From Octopus vulgaris (lineage: Eukaryota): a stretch of 64,000 bases of DNA. The position numbers were made by a program, and so were the translations under genes. The notes under the pieces are model-generated. The model did no database searches. It was given only the letters and a program-made list of their open reading frames with translations, and was not told the origin of the DNA. Positions within the stretch are counted from its first letter, which is position 1; each line of letters opens with the position of its first letter. The stretch lies in assembly GCA_951406725.2 (NCBI GenBank), contig OX597817.1, forward strand, positions 154,938,001-155,002,000, read 5' to 3'. This document shows positions 39,492 through 51,872 of the stretch, one piece after another.

Positions 39492-39712
39492 CCCTTTCAT
39501 TACTGTATTTATTTTGAGATGTTCTGTATTTTTATCAATTACTTTAAATATAACAAAGAATTTAGTAAAATAACTTGGTTATCATTAAGCTAGTGTCAGG
39601 AACATAAATTGTGACTAAGATTTGGTGGAAGATTTTAATTCAAAACTTATGAAAACAAGACATTTGTACTACAGAGCCAGAGCCGGTTTCAGTCGGGTTA
39701 GTAACAAAGGGG
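39492..39712. mobile_element. TTAA-TSD piggyBac-like MITE
   Basis: TTAA|CCCTTTCATTAC...GTAACAAAGGGG|TTAA. Interrupts an RTE ORF remnant. Confidence 0.85.
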
Positions 39713-40401
39713 TTAATCACATCCAGCTATCTGGTATGGAGGCTACCATAGAGCCTCTTCCAGCCTGCAGTTGCTGTGTCGAATGAGAGTAAAGCTCTTG
39801 TAGGATGATCTGGTGGGAGGCAGAAGACATGTCCATACCAGTGCATGCGGCAGATAGGTATGAGGTGAGAAGGCTGCAGGCTAATGCATGCACACATGAA
39901 ATTCTTTGTTGGAAATGTGATGGCACCATTTGATGTTTTTGAGGGTTCTCGGGGCTCTGCTATCATGTGATTAATTAGATCATTGATTGAAAAGCAGTCA
40001 CCAGCACACTCGGCCACTGAATGTGCTGGTGATTGCTGTTTCCTTTCATTTCTTTTATCCCTACTTCAGTGACTTGCATACCCTCTCCATCGAGGGCCAC
40101 CTAGCCTAATTAGCTTTCCTTCTCCCATCGTGTTCTCACTGAGTCACAGTTCCAAGATTTGTACCAAACACTTCCCGCTCTCTTTTTTACTCTGGAGTGC
40201 AACCATCTGGAATCCTCTCTCTTTCTTTGCCCATGTTTTTCCTGAAATCATTGATCCACAAATTAGAAATGTTAAAACTGAACTTCAATTTCCGCAGTCG
40301 GAAATGTCATGGCCACTGGCCCTCTTACTAACTTTAAAAGGAAAAAATAACAGAGAAAAAATATAAATATATATGCCAGCAAAAATATATAATTGGCAAT
40401 T

Positions 40402-40785
40402 GGAGGCGCAATGGCCCAGTGGTTAGGGCAGTGGACTCGCAGTCGTAGGATCGCGGTTTCGATTCCCAGACCGGGCGTTATGAGTGTTTATTGTGCGAAA
40501 ACACCTAAAGCTCCACGATGCTCCGGCAGGGGATGGTGGTGATCCCTGCTGTACTCTTTCACCACAACTTTCTCTCACTCTTACTTCCTGTTTCTGCTGT
40601 ACCTGTATTTCAAAGGGCTGGCCTTGTCATTCTCTGTGTCACACTGAATATCCCCAAGAACTACGGTAAGGGTACACGTGTCTGTGGAGTGCTCAGCCAT
40701 TTACACGTTAATTTCACGAGCAGGCTGTTCCGTTGATCAGATCAACCGGAACCCTCGTCGTCGTAACCGACGGAGTGCTTCCTCC
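40402..40785 (+). mobile_element. SINE family C with tRNA-like head and 14-bp TSD
   Basis: Head GGAGGCGCAATGGCCCAGTGGTTAGG...GGTTTCGATTCCC. TSD TATAATTGGCAATT. Copies at 26314-26693(-) and 63764-64000(-). Head or tail shared with 12848-13167, 17912-18207 and 32600-32889. Confidence 0.9.
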
Positions 40786-41783
40786 TATAATTGGCAATTA
40801 ATACTAAGTAATTATTTATCAAAGACTAATTAAAAGTATATTATTACAGAAAAAATTAAACTGATGTTTGGGTATCAAACTGACTCACTCACCCACACCC
40901 TCGACATATCCTGCCTCTCTGTTTTTATTCCTACTTCTTGCTAAGTTTTCTCTACTCTCCCCTAAAACCCTATACTTGACACTTTTTTTTTCCAATAAAA
41001 CAAAATATAAAAATCTACCACAAAATTTGAGTTGTGGTTGCTTTACATCTAATAGATTGGAACAAGCAAAGTCAGTTGTATCTGTTTTTATCTAGATAGA
41101 TGGGGATAAATACTGTAGTTTGTCTTGTCTATGGTCACTTTGTAGATACATAAAGACAGAGTTGTACCTACTTATCATCTAAAGAGATCAAATTAGCTAG
41201 AGCTATGTAGCTAAAGTTGTAACCCAAGGCCTCATTATAGTTCAGTATAACACCTGCTCTAATCTATCAACTTTAGCAAACATACAAATGGCAAAAGCTT
41301 TCACTTCTTAATAGACTCAGTGGTTTATAAGTGATTAATGGGTTGTTAAGATGTCAAGTGATTAGCACACTTTTAACAAAACAAATAGTTAACAAGCTGT
41401 TTTAATAAACCTGAGGTATGTAAGTTCAAACTGTGTTCGAATTATATCCCCTGGTGTTTCTGGCAATACAAATTTATTTGTGTCTACCAATACAGAAATA
41501 TCTCTTCTACTTCTCAATTGTGTGTTTAGTTGTATGAAGGACACTCAATGATTTAAAAAAAAGCACTTACTCAGTCAATTCAAATGTAAATGTCAAAATT
41601 TGCTGACCCAACCAACCCATGTTAGTGAGGATAAGTGGATGTTAAAATCATTAGCAAGAAAAACAGTTTCCACTATTTAACAGTGATTTTTCTAAGATAG
41701 TTTTTGTTTTGTTTTCTTTTTATGCATTTTACCAAATTTTAATCCCTAAAGATTGCTGACCTTTCCTTTGACCCCCACTTCAG

Positions 41784-41877
41784 GCAAAATTACTTCATCC
41801 TCAGCCGACGTTCTGTGAGATTGAACCAGACACATTGTACAATCAAGTTCTATATTGTCTAGATGGCTGTATAAAAG
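41784..41877 (+). CDS. GK5: GK5-like coding exon 2 (AKLLHPQPTFCEIEPDTLYNQVLYCLDGCIK)
   Basis: cttCAG acceptor, G|GTAAGT donor, 94 nt, phase 0 to 1. Matches the FGGY 'P.PG..E.DP' region. Confidence 0.9.
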
Positions 41878-41906
41878 GTAAGTTTTATTTTAGTTGTCTA
41901 TATATA

Positions 41907-42234
41907 ATGACCCCCTTCGGTCAGACACTGACCATGGGTTTGCACCTAGAGAGTTACCCTCTGAGGCACAAGTCTGGGCAAGGCTGTTTTATGGAAGACC
42001 AGCAGTCGCGGCCTCCCCTCTCCACGTCACTGATGTTGTCCAAGGGAACGGCAAGGGGCCGATACAGCTTGGCACCTGTGACGTCGCAACTCATTTCTAC
42101 AGCTGAGTGAACTGGAGCAACATGAAATAAAGTTTCTTGCTCAAGAACACAACACGCAGCCCGGTCCAGGATTCGAGCTCACAACCTCACAATCGTAAGC
42201 TCGACGCTCTAACCACTGAGCCACGCGCCTTCAC
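41907..42234 (-). mobile_element. SINE family D with tRNA-like head and 13-bp TSD
   Basis: TSD TTTTAGTTGTCTA at 41888 and 42235. Near-identical + strand copy at 35134-35471. Confidence 0.88.
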
Positions 42235-43123
42235 TTTTAGTTGTCTAACTATCAAAATTTATGTCTATTATAGAAAACCTTCTCAACACATAGTTGGATG
42301 TGACCAGAAGATAAGGGTAAAGCTGATGATATTCCTATTGAAAATTAAAACCACCTGGTAAAATTACTGATACTAAAGAGATTTTTACTATCGAGTCTCA
42401 TATGGAATATTGATCAGAACTCAAATTTGGGAGCTGATAAAATACCTGTCAATTTTACAATCCTACCTTGAGCCAACAATGGAACCTCTACATTGTCATT
42501 CAACCTACTAAAAATAGCAGCCAAACCACCAGTGCCATCAAACCATTCTCCATCATCTTAAAAAGAAAGAACACATCAGATAATATTGTCCTAGATATAT
42601 GAGATAGTTATGAGATGGTTTTGATCTTGGATCTGCTTGAACAGGGCTGAGCTAGAGCCAAACAACAAAAATTTTCTATTTTGTACATAAACATGTATCA
42701 TCAAATGTTTGGAAGATGAGAGAAGCCATCTTGCTTGAATTCTGTGACTTGAGGATTTACTATTATAATCACATGCATGGTACGCTCTTTACTTGTTTCA
42801 GTCATTTGACTGTGGCCATGCTGGAGCACCGCCTATAGTCGAGCAAATCGACCCCAGGACTTATTCTTTGTAAGCCTAGTACTTATTCTATCGGTCTCTT
42901 TTGCTGAACCGCTAAGTTACGGGAACGCAAACACACCAGCACCGGTTGTCAAGCGATGTTGGGGAAACAATGATAATAGATATGTTTTGTTTGGATTGAT
43001 CTGGATATAAGCAACAGCATTGCCTATATACATAATAATGTTTATATTCTCCTGTGTAGAGTAACATGCTGTTACTATGAAGCTTGTCCTCTTTTTAAAT
43101 GTTGTGATTTATTTCCTTTTTAG

Positions 43124-43199
43124 ATTCTGGATTGACTTATAGCCAGATAACCTGCATGGGTATGGCAACACAGAGGAACACTTTTATTACTTGGGACAG
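43124..43199 (+). CDS. GK5: GK5-like coding exon 3 (DSGLTYSQITCMGMATQRNTFITWDR)
   Basis: ttttTAG acceptor, AG|GTAAGT donor, 76 nt, phase 1 to 2. Contains the TQRxT..WD motif. Confidence 0.92.
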
Positions 43200-43461
43200 G
43201 TAAGTCTGACTGTATTTAAGACAGGTGAGTAGTTTTGATAGGCCAATAGTCATTGGAAATGGCAAATAGGTTTGAGTAGGAATTGGTTACAGGGACTGGT
43301 AAGCATGTTATGCAGGGCATTAGTCAGCAATGATATTTTCCAGTGAATCCATCACTATTATCTAAGAAACAATAATACTAATTAAAGAAAATACATTTCT
43401 GTGCTAGCAGTGGCTGGTATAATTTTGTATGCTTGTGTTTAATTGAGTTTTCTAATACAGA

Positions 43462-43948
43462 CATCATCATCATTGTTCGACCGTGGTCGAGACAATGGAA
43501 TTTACCATGCTACGCCAGACTTCACGGTCCATCATGGCATTACGGAGGTCCTGTTGCTGGATGCCTGTATCCCTGGAGATTACATCAGGGTAGGAGAGTG
43601 TGCACCCTCTGGTATTGCGAGTAGATGGCTTCCAGAGGAGAAGAGTAGAAATTACTTCTTTTTCAGCTCTACAACAATGTCCAGCAAACTGGACTCTCCT
43701 ACCTTTCACAAGAGATGACACAGGTGGTAGTTTCCCATACATTTGCATTTTGGTTGGATGGCGCTTCCGCGAGAGATTTTGAGCTCTCATAAGGAGGCGA
43801 GTGTAGGTCCCATCCAACCGCCTCTCAAGCTTCTTTGATAATGTCTAGGTTTCTGAGCCATATAGTAGAATTGGTTCGACTGTGGCTTTAAAGATTTCAA
43901 GTTTGAAGTCTCTACTTAGATTTGATGACCAGATCTTATGCATGTCAT
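43462..43948 (-). mobile_element. RTE-clade LINE 3' fragment
   Basis: ...KATVEPILLYGSET*TLSKKLERRLDGTYTRLLMRA...RRVQFAGHCCRA...AMMDREVWRSMV..., followed by a (GAT)n tail. Confidence 0.9.
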
Positions 43949-45460
43949 ATATCAGTGAAAATAGTATTCAGTGAGTTTTGCAATACCTGGTGGTGCTGCT
44001 ATATTTTTCTCATATATTACCATGGGACTCAACTTACCTACCAATACTAGACAACATATTTAAGTGAAAACTTTAGAAATAACATGATTCACAATAAGAA
44101 CAAGATTACCATAACATTCATTATGTTACAGCAACTGATTTGATAGATATTTTATAAAAGGACTAGCAGAGATACCCGGCATTGCCCTTGTCACATGGTA
44201 GTGGAGAATTAGACTTTTCTTTTATATTTTCTCTAATGAACTGGAATACCTATGATTCAAATGCAGTTTTCTTCTAAACCATCTCTCAGGCTTAAAGTAT
44301 CATCTCAGGTGATACTTTATAAAGTAGCAGAATATTCTATGCTATTGATTGCAAAAAGCAACTGGGTACATCTTCTCTGAGGAGCAGTAAAAAGAAACTG
44401 GAGCATTCCATCAAGAGACTCTCCACTTCTTTTTTTCCACATATCAAAAGCATAGGAGGAATGCATTACATTCTTGTATTTTTCTCACAGCTAGGCTCTC
44501 TGGCTTTTTAATTTAAGTCCTTCTGTGTTGAAAAATAATATATTTTCTACAAAAAGAAAAATTTTTTGAAAATAATTTTTCCAAAGAAATTAGTGTTGGT
44601 TGTGAGTTTTTTTTAAAGAAAAACCTAATGAAGATATATTTCTATGAAACAAAATATCTTTTATTCCATTAGTTTTTGTCCTTAAAGACACCTAGCATTT
44701 CAGCATATTATATATCAAAAGATGCAAATTGTTTACTTATAATTTTATTTATTCTTTTAGAAATTTTCTAATTTTTTTTTTAATTATATGGCCTTTGATC
44801 GAGTTCTTAAAATTTATCCAGCGTAACAAATCTGTTTCTGTACTCAGCAGAGACAGGGTATCCAGCTTGTCTTGTCAAATAGTTGTTTAATATGCTTCAA
44901 CTGAAAGACCTAGACTAACTCACATTTGTAATCATGTTCTATTTAACTCTGTGTGTGTGTGAGAGAGAGTGTATTCTTTTCTCATTTATTGTGTAAGAGG
45001 TTTCTTTCTGTTCAATTGTACCATTTGCCCCCTAAATTAACCCAGCACTAAAAAAATGCTCTCTGGTTCTCCTTTTCACTGCTGCCCTATATATGGGTTT
45101 ATTTTACTGAATATTTAAGCCAGTCCTACCTAAGAGAGAGAGAAACTGTAATATGTTAGTGAGTTCTTTGTTAGCCAATCAGATTGTTTGTCTATGATGT
45201 TTGTGAGACAGTTGAGCATTATCATCATCTCCAATATGTAAAGACAAAATAAACACCAATAATTTAGTAAAGTTGATCCATTTAATTATTATCTTCATAT
45301 TTATAAAATTATCTTTGATCATAGTTACTAAAAATGATATATTAAACCTGTGATCTTTTTTTTAGAAATCTTTTGTGAAATCTGTATTATCCTAACTATT
45401 TGCCCTGACTATCTGTCTTGCTCCTTCTTCATGTTTAAATTTGAACATACTAAATTTTAG

Positions 45461-45554
45461 AGAGACTGGTAAACCCTTCCATAACTTCATCACCTGGCAA
45501 GACTTAAGAGGAAAAGAATATGTCAAAGACTGGAACCATTCATACACAATGAAG
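45461..45554 (+). CDS. GK5: GK5-like coding exon 4 (ETGKPFHNFITWQDLRGKEYVKDWNHSYTMK)
   Basis: ttttAG acceptor, AAG|GTAATT donor, 94 nt, phase 2 to 0. Contains the TGKP..N.I.WQD.R motif. Confidence 0.93.
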
Positions 45555-46419
45555 GTAATTTTTTTACATGGCCATCCTTCCTTTTTTGTAAAGTAGTATA
45601 TAGTAACTTACATTCTTTAACATTTTCATATCAGTTTGTCTTAGACTCTCATTACATAATCATAATGGTTATATTCTGTATGTACACTGCAATTCTTCCT
45701 TTAAGTACCTCTAATTATGATGACTAACAGCATGGAAGTTGTCAAAATACTGTCTTGGAATAAACTACAAGTTTAATACTATGAAATTCTGTACCATACT
45801 TCATTCTGTTCTGTGCCTGTATTACATACAAAACTATGAAGTAATTGGTTATTTCAGTTTGTTTAAGCTACAAGTGGTGACATTATTGTCATTTTCCCTG
45901 TCAACAAATCATCAAAGACATGGAATAAGAGATCTCTTACATGAAAAACATGTAAGAATTAGTGATAGGAAGCGAGGTATGCTGTGGAAGTTAGTGTTTT
46001 ATCCTCCTATATATTGACTGATTGCACTATTGTGGTCATTAAGGTTTTACTATCATATCATACTACGGAAGACGGTAGAGATTATAATTTTTGTATGATT
46101 TAAACGATTTCACGCTGTTTAGTTACGTATTTAGGAGTTGTAATTTACTTATTGAATTATTTATTGATACGGTTATACATAGGGTAAATGTGGTTGAAAT
46201 TTGTGGTATTTTTGATTTCTTTGTTCCCAAACAACACTTATTTTAGTGCTGTCACACTGCGACACTGGCATTAAATGCCTTGATAATATATTCATCCATC
46301 CCATGTAAGAATGGGAAAATAGAGATTAGAAAATAAAACGAAATAAGTCTTTAAATTATTATACATCTCTTTTCTTTCTGATGGTATTTATATGTCTTTC
46401 TTTCTTCATATTTTTAAAG

Positions 46420-46509
46420 GCCTTAAACACAGGAGCAAAGCTATTACATACATTCACCAGAAGTCCGCGACACTTAGCTGCCAGTGTTCTCAGGTTCCTA
46501 TCACCTCAA
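46420..46509 (+). CDS. GK5: GK5-like coding exon 5 (ALNTGAKLLHTFTRSPRHLAASVLRFLSPQ)
   Basis: Pyrimidine tract plus AAG acceptor, CAA|GTAAGA donor, 90 nt. Resembles the GK5-subfamily insert (human ...VLHFFTRSKRLFTAS..., recalled). Confidence 0.88.
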
Positions 46510-47894
46510 GTAAGACTGGACATTTCCTCATGATAATTTTTTTATTTCTTATCAATAACTAAGATGGTATGTCGGCAGAAGCACTAGAGCACGAAACTAA
46601 ATAGCTTACAGTATTTTAATTGTATTCCTCTTTATTCTTGATGCAAATTAAACTAATTCTGGTTTCATTTAAGTGACTATCTCCCTATTTGCTTTAAAAG
46701 CACCCACTACACTCACGGAGTGGTTGGCATTAGGAAGGGAATCCAGCCGTAGAAACATTGCCAGATCAGACTGGGCCTGATGCAGCCTTCTGGCTTCACA
46801 GACCCCAGTTGAACCGTCCAACCCATGCTAGCATGGAAAGCGGACGCTAAATGATGATGATGATGATGATGATAAACAATAAACCTCTTTGAATGTATAT
46901 CTTAAAGTAGTAGGCGTCAACAACCTAATCAGTCATTTTCTATGCTGTCAAAACTGAGACTGACAAGAGGATACTTCTGATCAGTTGTGAGGTGACACCT
47001 CTCACTTGCAATTTCTTCACCATATTGTGATACAATGGAAAAATAAATTCTGGTCAGGTCTAACTTACAATGACAGAAAAAGCTCTTGGGTTGAAATAAA
47101 CATGTGTTATAAGTGAATCTGAAGTCCCTAACCTTTGTAAGGCTGCAACATTAATAATAAATGATATATTGGCGTTAGGAAGGGCATCCAGCCGTAGAAA
47201 CACTGCCAGATCAGACTGGGCCTGATGCAGCCTTCGAGCTTGCCAGACCCCAGTTGAACCGTCCAACCCATGCTAGCATGGAAAGCGGACGCTAAATGAT
47301 GATGATGATAATAATACTGATAATAAAGAGCTATAATGCTAGATCTTACAGCTTGGAAAATATTACCAAAAACATGGCACAAAAGAAATAAAAAGCAAAA
47401 CTAGATCTTTGGTGACATGGCATTGCAATAATAATAATGATTTCAAATTTTGGCACAAGGCCAGCAATTTTAGTAGAGGGGTAAGTCAATTACATTGACC
47501 ACAGTATTCATATTGTACTTATTTGACCCCAAAAGGATACAAGGTAAAGCCAACTTCAACAAAATTTGAACTCAGAGCATAAAGGTGTCAGAAGAAATGC
47601 CTGTTTGTCACCTTAGTGATTATAATAGCAATAATCGTTTTTATTATTGCTGTGTGGTTATGAAATAGTGACATTAAAAGCACAAAATGGTGAGATTTTT
47701 TCAAACAATCTATTATAGTGTTTTTAGAATATTTTGAGACCCATAAATGGATCTTTGTAAATATTGTTGTTTCTGAAGTTGTAATGTGTGATATTTAAAT
47801 ATATTTTACATATACATTCACATACCTACATGCATTTTCTCTGCTATTAATGTCATCTCTCTCTTTTCATTTCTTTCTTGAAACCTGCTTTTAG

Positions 47895-47936
47895 GTAACA
47901 ATGCGTCTAAAATGGCTCTTGAACCATAACGAACTG
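47895..47936 (+). CDS. GK5: GK5-like coding exon 6 (VTMRLKWLLNHNEL)
   Basis: ttttAG acceptor, CTG|GTACGT donor, 42 nt, phase 0-0. Matches the FGGY 'KL.WL' motif. Confidence 0.85.
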
Positions 47937-47992
47937 GTACGTAATTAAACTTAATGTCTTTAATGAAGTATGGTCATCATGTAATCCCATTC

Positions 47993-48213
47993 TATTTCTT
48001 TACTACCCACAAGGGGCTAAATACAGAAGGGACAGACAAACGGATTAAGTCGATTATATCGACCTCAGTGCGTAACTGGTACTTATTTAATCGACCCCGA
48101 AAGGATGAAAGGCAAAGTCGACCTCGACGGAATTTGAACTCAGAACGTAACGGCAGACGAAATACCACTAAGCATTTCGCCCGGCGTCATAACGATTCTG
48201 CCAGCTCACCGCC
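47993..48213 (-). mobile_element. SINE family B, representative copy with 19-bp TSD
   Basis: TSD TCATCATGTAATCC(C/T)ATTC at 47974 and 48218. Other copies at about 1-150, 4910-5113, 11760-11990, 19035-19468, 20624-21255, 32910-33350(+), 50346-51152, 52755-52955(+). Confidence 0.88.
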
Positions 48214-48633
48214 CAACTCATCATGTAATCCTATTCCCCTCTCCCTTACAAATTATATATTACCCAGGGTGGTATACAACTGGAAGCACTTCAAGGGGAA
48301 ACAGTTCACCCAGTCCTTAGTAAATATCACAAGGTGATACAGTCCACCTCACTCTGCTGCTTGGGATACATAACTGCTTATTGTTAGCATTCACTATTGA
48401 GTGATATGATTCACAGCAGTAACCTGTGGGTTACTGCTGTGTAGTGAACTTCTCTTAGTTGTATATTCATACCACATGTTGATCTGTTTCTTGACTGTAA
48501 ATAACATAAGTATTTTGAAATTGACAAATTAGTTGTTTTCTTGTATTACTGAATGTATTTCTTTCTGCAGGGGAAGCTACTTGCAATAGATTAAGGTCCT
48601 AACCTGGAAGAGATTTATCGTTTATCCATTTAA

Positions 48634-49075
48634 CCCTTTTGATACCAACCCATCTGATACAATCCTTGGTTGTTTGATGCAATCCTCTGTTTTAAAGTGA
48701 TCTAAATTTAAGCCTATCAAAACTTCATGTTAATTTATGTTCCACTCACTAGCTTAACCCTTTCATTACTGTATATATTTTGAGATGCTCTGTGTTTCTT
48801 TCAATTAATTCTAAATATAACAAAGAATTTAGTTAAATAACTTAGTTATCATTCAGCTAGTGTTAGGAACATAAATTGTGACTTAGGTTTGATGGAAAAT
48901 TTTTACTCAAAACTTTTGAAAACAAGACATTTATACTACAGAGCCAGAGCTGGTTTCAGCCGGGTTGGTAACGAAAGGGTTAATAATGACAGTTATTTTA
49001 TTAAATTCTTCATTATTTTCAAAATTAATTGAGACAAAAGACGTATATTTCCACAGAAACATGGTAATAAGAGGG
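48634..49075. mobile_element. Nested pair of TTAA MITEs, inner copy 48758-48979
   Basis: TTAA duplications at 48630/49076 and 48754/48980. The outer element is a diverged relative in the opposite orientation. Confidence 0.82.
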
Positions 49076-51872
49076 TTAATGCTTTGCAAGCTTGAGATAA
49101 GCACTGGCCTCTTAATGATAGTGAGCATTGCTAAAATATACTGTCAAGTATAGCACTTTACGTACTTGAGCATTTTTGTCCTTATCAGCACTTAAGACTA
49201 CTTCTGTAAATTTTCTACAGACAGCTGTTTCCTGCACCAGCTTCACATAGTAGCCCCAGCCCATCCAAAGTACCTTGGATCACAAGACAGCCTGCTGTGC
49301 TTACCTTGGATTGTAGGGTGACCTGCTGTGCTTGGGGAGACCTATTGAGTCAAGTACTTCAACATCAAAATCAAATGGAAATTGTAGAAGTGATACCTGT
49401 GCCGGTGGCATGTAAAAAGCACCATCCAAACATGACCGATACCAGTGTCGCCTTGACTGGCTTCTGTGCTGGTGGCATGTAAAAAGCACCAACCAATCGT
49501 GGCTGCTTCCAGCCTCCCCTGGCACCTGTGCCGGTGGCACATAAAAAGCACCCACTACACTCACAGAGTGATTGGCGTTAGGAAGGGCATCCAGCTGTAG
49601 AAACACTGCCAGATCAGACTGGAGCCTGGTGCAGCCTCCTGGCTTCTCAGACCCTGGTCAAATCATCCAACCCATGCTAGCATGGAAAATGGACGTTAAA
49701 CAATGATGATAATGATTGTTGTGTGATTAAAAAGCTTGCTTTGCAGCCACATAGTTTCAGATTCGATCCCACTGTGTGGCCCCCCTTGGGCAAATGTCTT
49801 CTATATAGCCCTAGGCTAACCAATGCCTTGTGAGTGGATTTGCTAGTCAGAAAAGAAGTACTGGGGTGAATTCTTTCGACTAAACACCTCAAGGTGGTAC
49901 CCCAACATGGTCACAGTCCTGTCTGTGATGGAAACAAGTAAAAGAAAAGATACTCAATATCTTGCAAAATCAGAGGTAAAGGTGACCAAATAATATTAGG
50001 GATATTAGACAACCTTGTTTCGTAATGCTTGAATTCAAAACTGCTGGCATTTTGTTGTATTTCTGGCCAGAACTCTTTATTCAACATTATCTCACATCTC
50101 CTAGCTGTCACTTGAAATAGGTATTGAATCATACCATGAACTCTAGGTCTTGGGCTACTTACAAATGCACACCTTTTTATCTGTTGCAACACCTTGATGG
50201 TTCAGACTCATCCCTATTAGTTATGCCTCTTTCTTGGGTTTCTTGCTCTCCGAATACAACCTTCGTTCATTTGAAATGTTGAAAAGGTTAAAACTGAGTT
50301 AACAACCAGTTTGACCACTGACTAATGTGTCAACTGTTCATGTCTTATTTCTTTTTTGCCCACAAGGGGCTAAACATAGAGGGGACGAACAAGGCCAGAC
50401 AAATGGATTAAGTCGATTATATCAACCCCAGTGCGTAACTGGTACTTATTTAATCGACCCCAAAAGAATGAAAGGCAAAGTCAACCTCGGCGGAATTTGA
50501 ACTCAGAACGTAGCAACAGATGAAATACCTATTTCTTTACTACCCACAAGGGGCTACACACAGAGGGGACAAATAAGGACAGACAAACGGATTAAGTCGA
50601 TTATATTGACCCCAGTGCGTAACTGTTCCTTAATTTATCGACCCCGAAAGGATGAAAGGCAAAGTCAACCTCGGCGGAATTTGAACTCGGAACGTAGCAG
50701 CAGATGAAATACCTTTTTCTTTACTACCCACAAGGGGCTACACACAGAGGGGACAAATAAGGACAGACAAACGGATTAAGTCGATTATATTGACCCCAGT
50801 GCGTAACTGTTCCTTAATTTATCAACCCCGAAAGGATGAAAGGCAAAGTCAACCTCTGCGGAATTTGAACCCAGAACGTAGCGGCAGACGAAATACTGCT
50901 AAACACTTTGCTCGGCGTGCGAACGATTCTGCCAGCTCGCCGCCTTGGGTGTTCTTTTCTTTTCTACTCTAGGCACAAGGACTCAAATTTGATGGGAGAG
51001 AGCCAGTCAATTAGATCAACCCCAGTACACAACTAGTGCTTAATTTATCGATGAAAGACAAAAGTGACCTCGGCGGAATTTGAACTCAGAACGTAGCGGC
51101 AGACGAAATATCACTAAGCATTTCTCCCAGCATGCTAACGTTTCTGCCAGCTCTGTTCATGTGTTCTTGATGACCAAGACACTTAACTCTGTTTCACTCC
51201 ATCCTCCCAGCTCTAAAGTAACTGGTAGCATTATATAATTGTTGATTGTTTTATCAATGCCATCTCCATTCTCCTTTTCTGCCTCTGTCCACTTTATCAT
51301 CCGTCCTTCAGTCATTTTAACCACAAACAACACAACTACCATTATCATCAACATCATTGCTCTCAATTGTTATTAACATTATCACCACCACTGCCCTTAA
51401 CTATTATCATCATCATCAATATTATTTTAATGGACATCTGTTTAGACATGCCCCCGCATATGTCACCATAACAACTGTATAGGGAAGTGTCATCACATTG
51501 CTTGTTGTTGGCTCTGTAACTGGACTGAAGATATCAGACTGGATCATGTTATATCTTAACGAGTTTTGCTGCTATATAACACTTTCAGTCACATCATATC
51601 AGCTGCTCTCTCTCTTTATCTCTCTCTCTTTCTCTCTACCTATCTATCTATCTATCTATCTCCTTCCTCTTTCTCTCTCTCTTTTTCTCTCTACCTATCT
51701 ATCTATCTATCTATCTCCTTCCTCTTTCTCTCTCTTTTTCTTTCTATATCTTCTTCCTTCCTCTTTCTCTCTCTCTTATTTTATAAGAGAATCCTATTTA
51801 CTACTGTGTTTTCTGAGTAATCCATCAGACACAGCAAGTATTGGTGTTCATATTTATGAGTGTCTTGTCTTA

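Larger units (their letters stand above)
38420..39960 (-). mobile_element. RTE-like LINE 3' fragment split by two MITEs
   Basis: RMHWYGHVFCLPPDHPTRALLSF...GWKR...HTR*LDVIKQDLQRLD...DHQRWGALV...ADPSPIKQEP* plus an AAGC-repeat tail. The frame is restored when both MITEs and one TSD copy of each are removed. Confidence 0.8.

Noticed and set aside
40402-40475. tRNA genes at SINE heads (also 17912, 26620, 35134, 59034)
   Set aside because: The tRNA-like segments continue into repeat bodies, several with TSDs, and lack a proper acceptor stem and terminator.
44163-44190. CTAG plus hairpin resembling a Helitron 3' end
   Set aside because: Too short, and no matching body or 5' end was identified.
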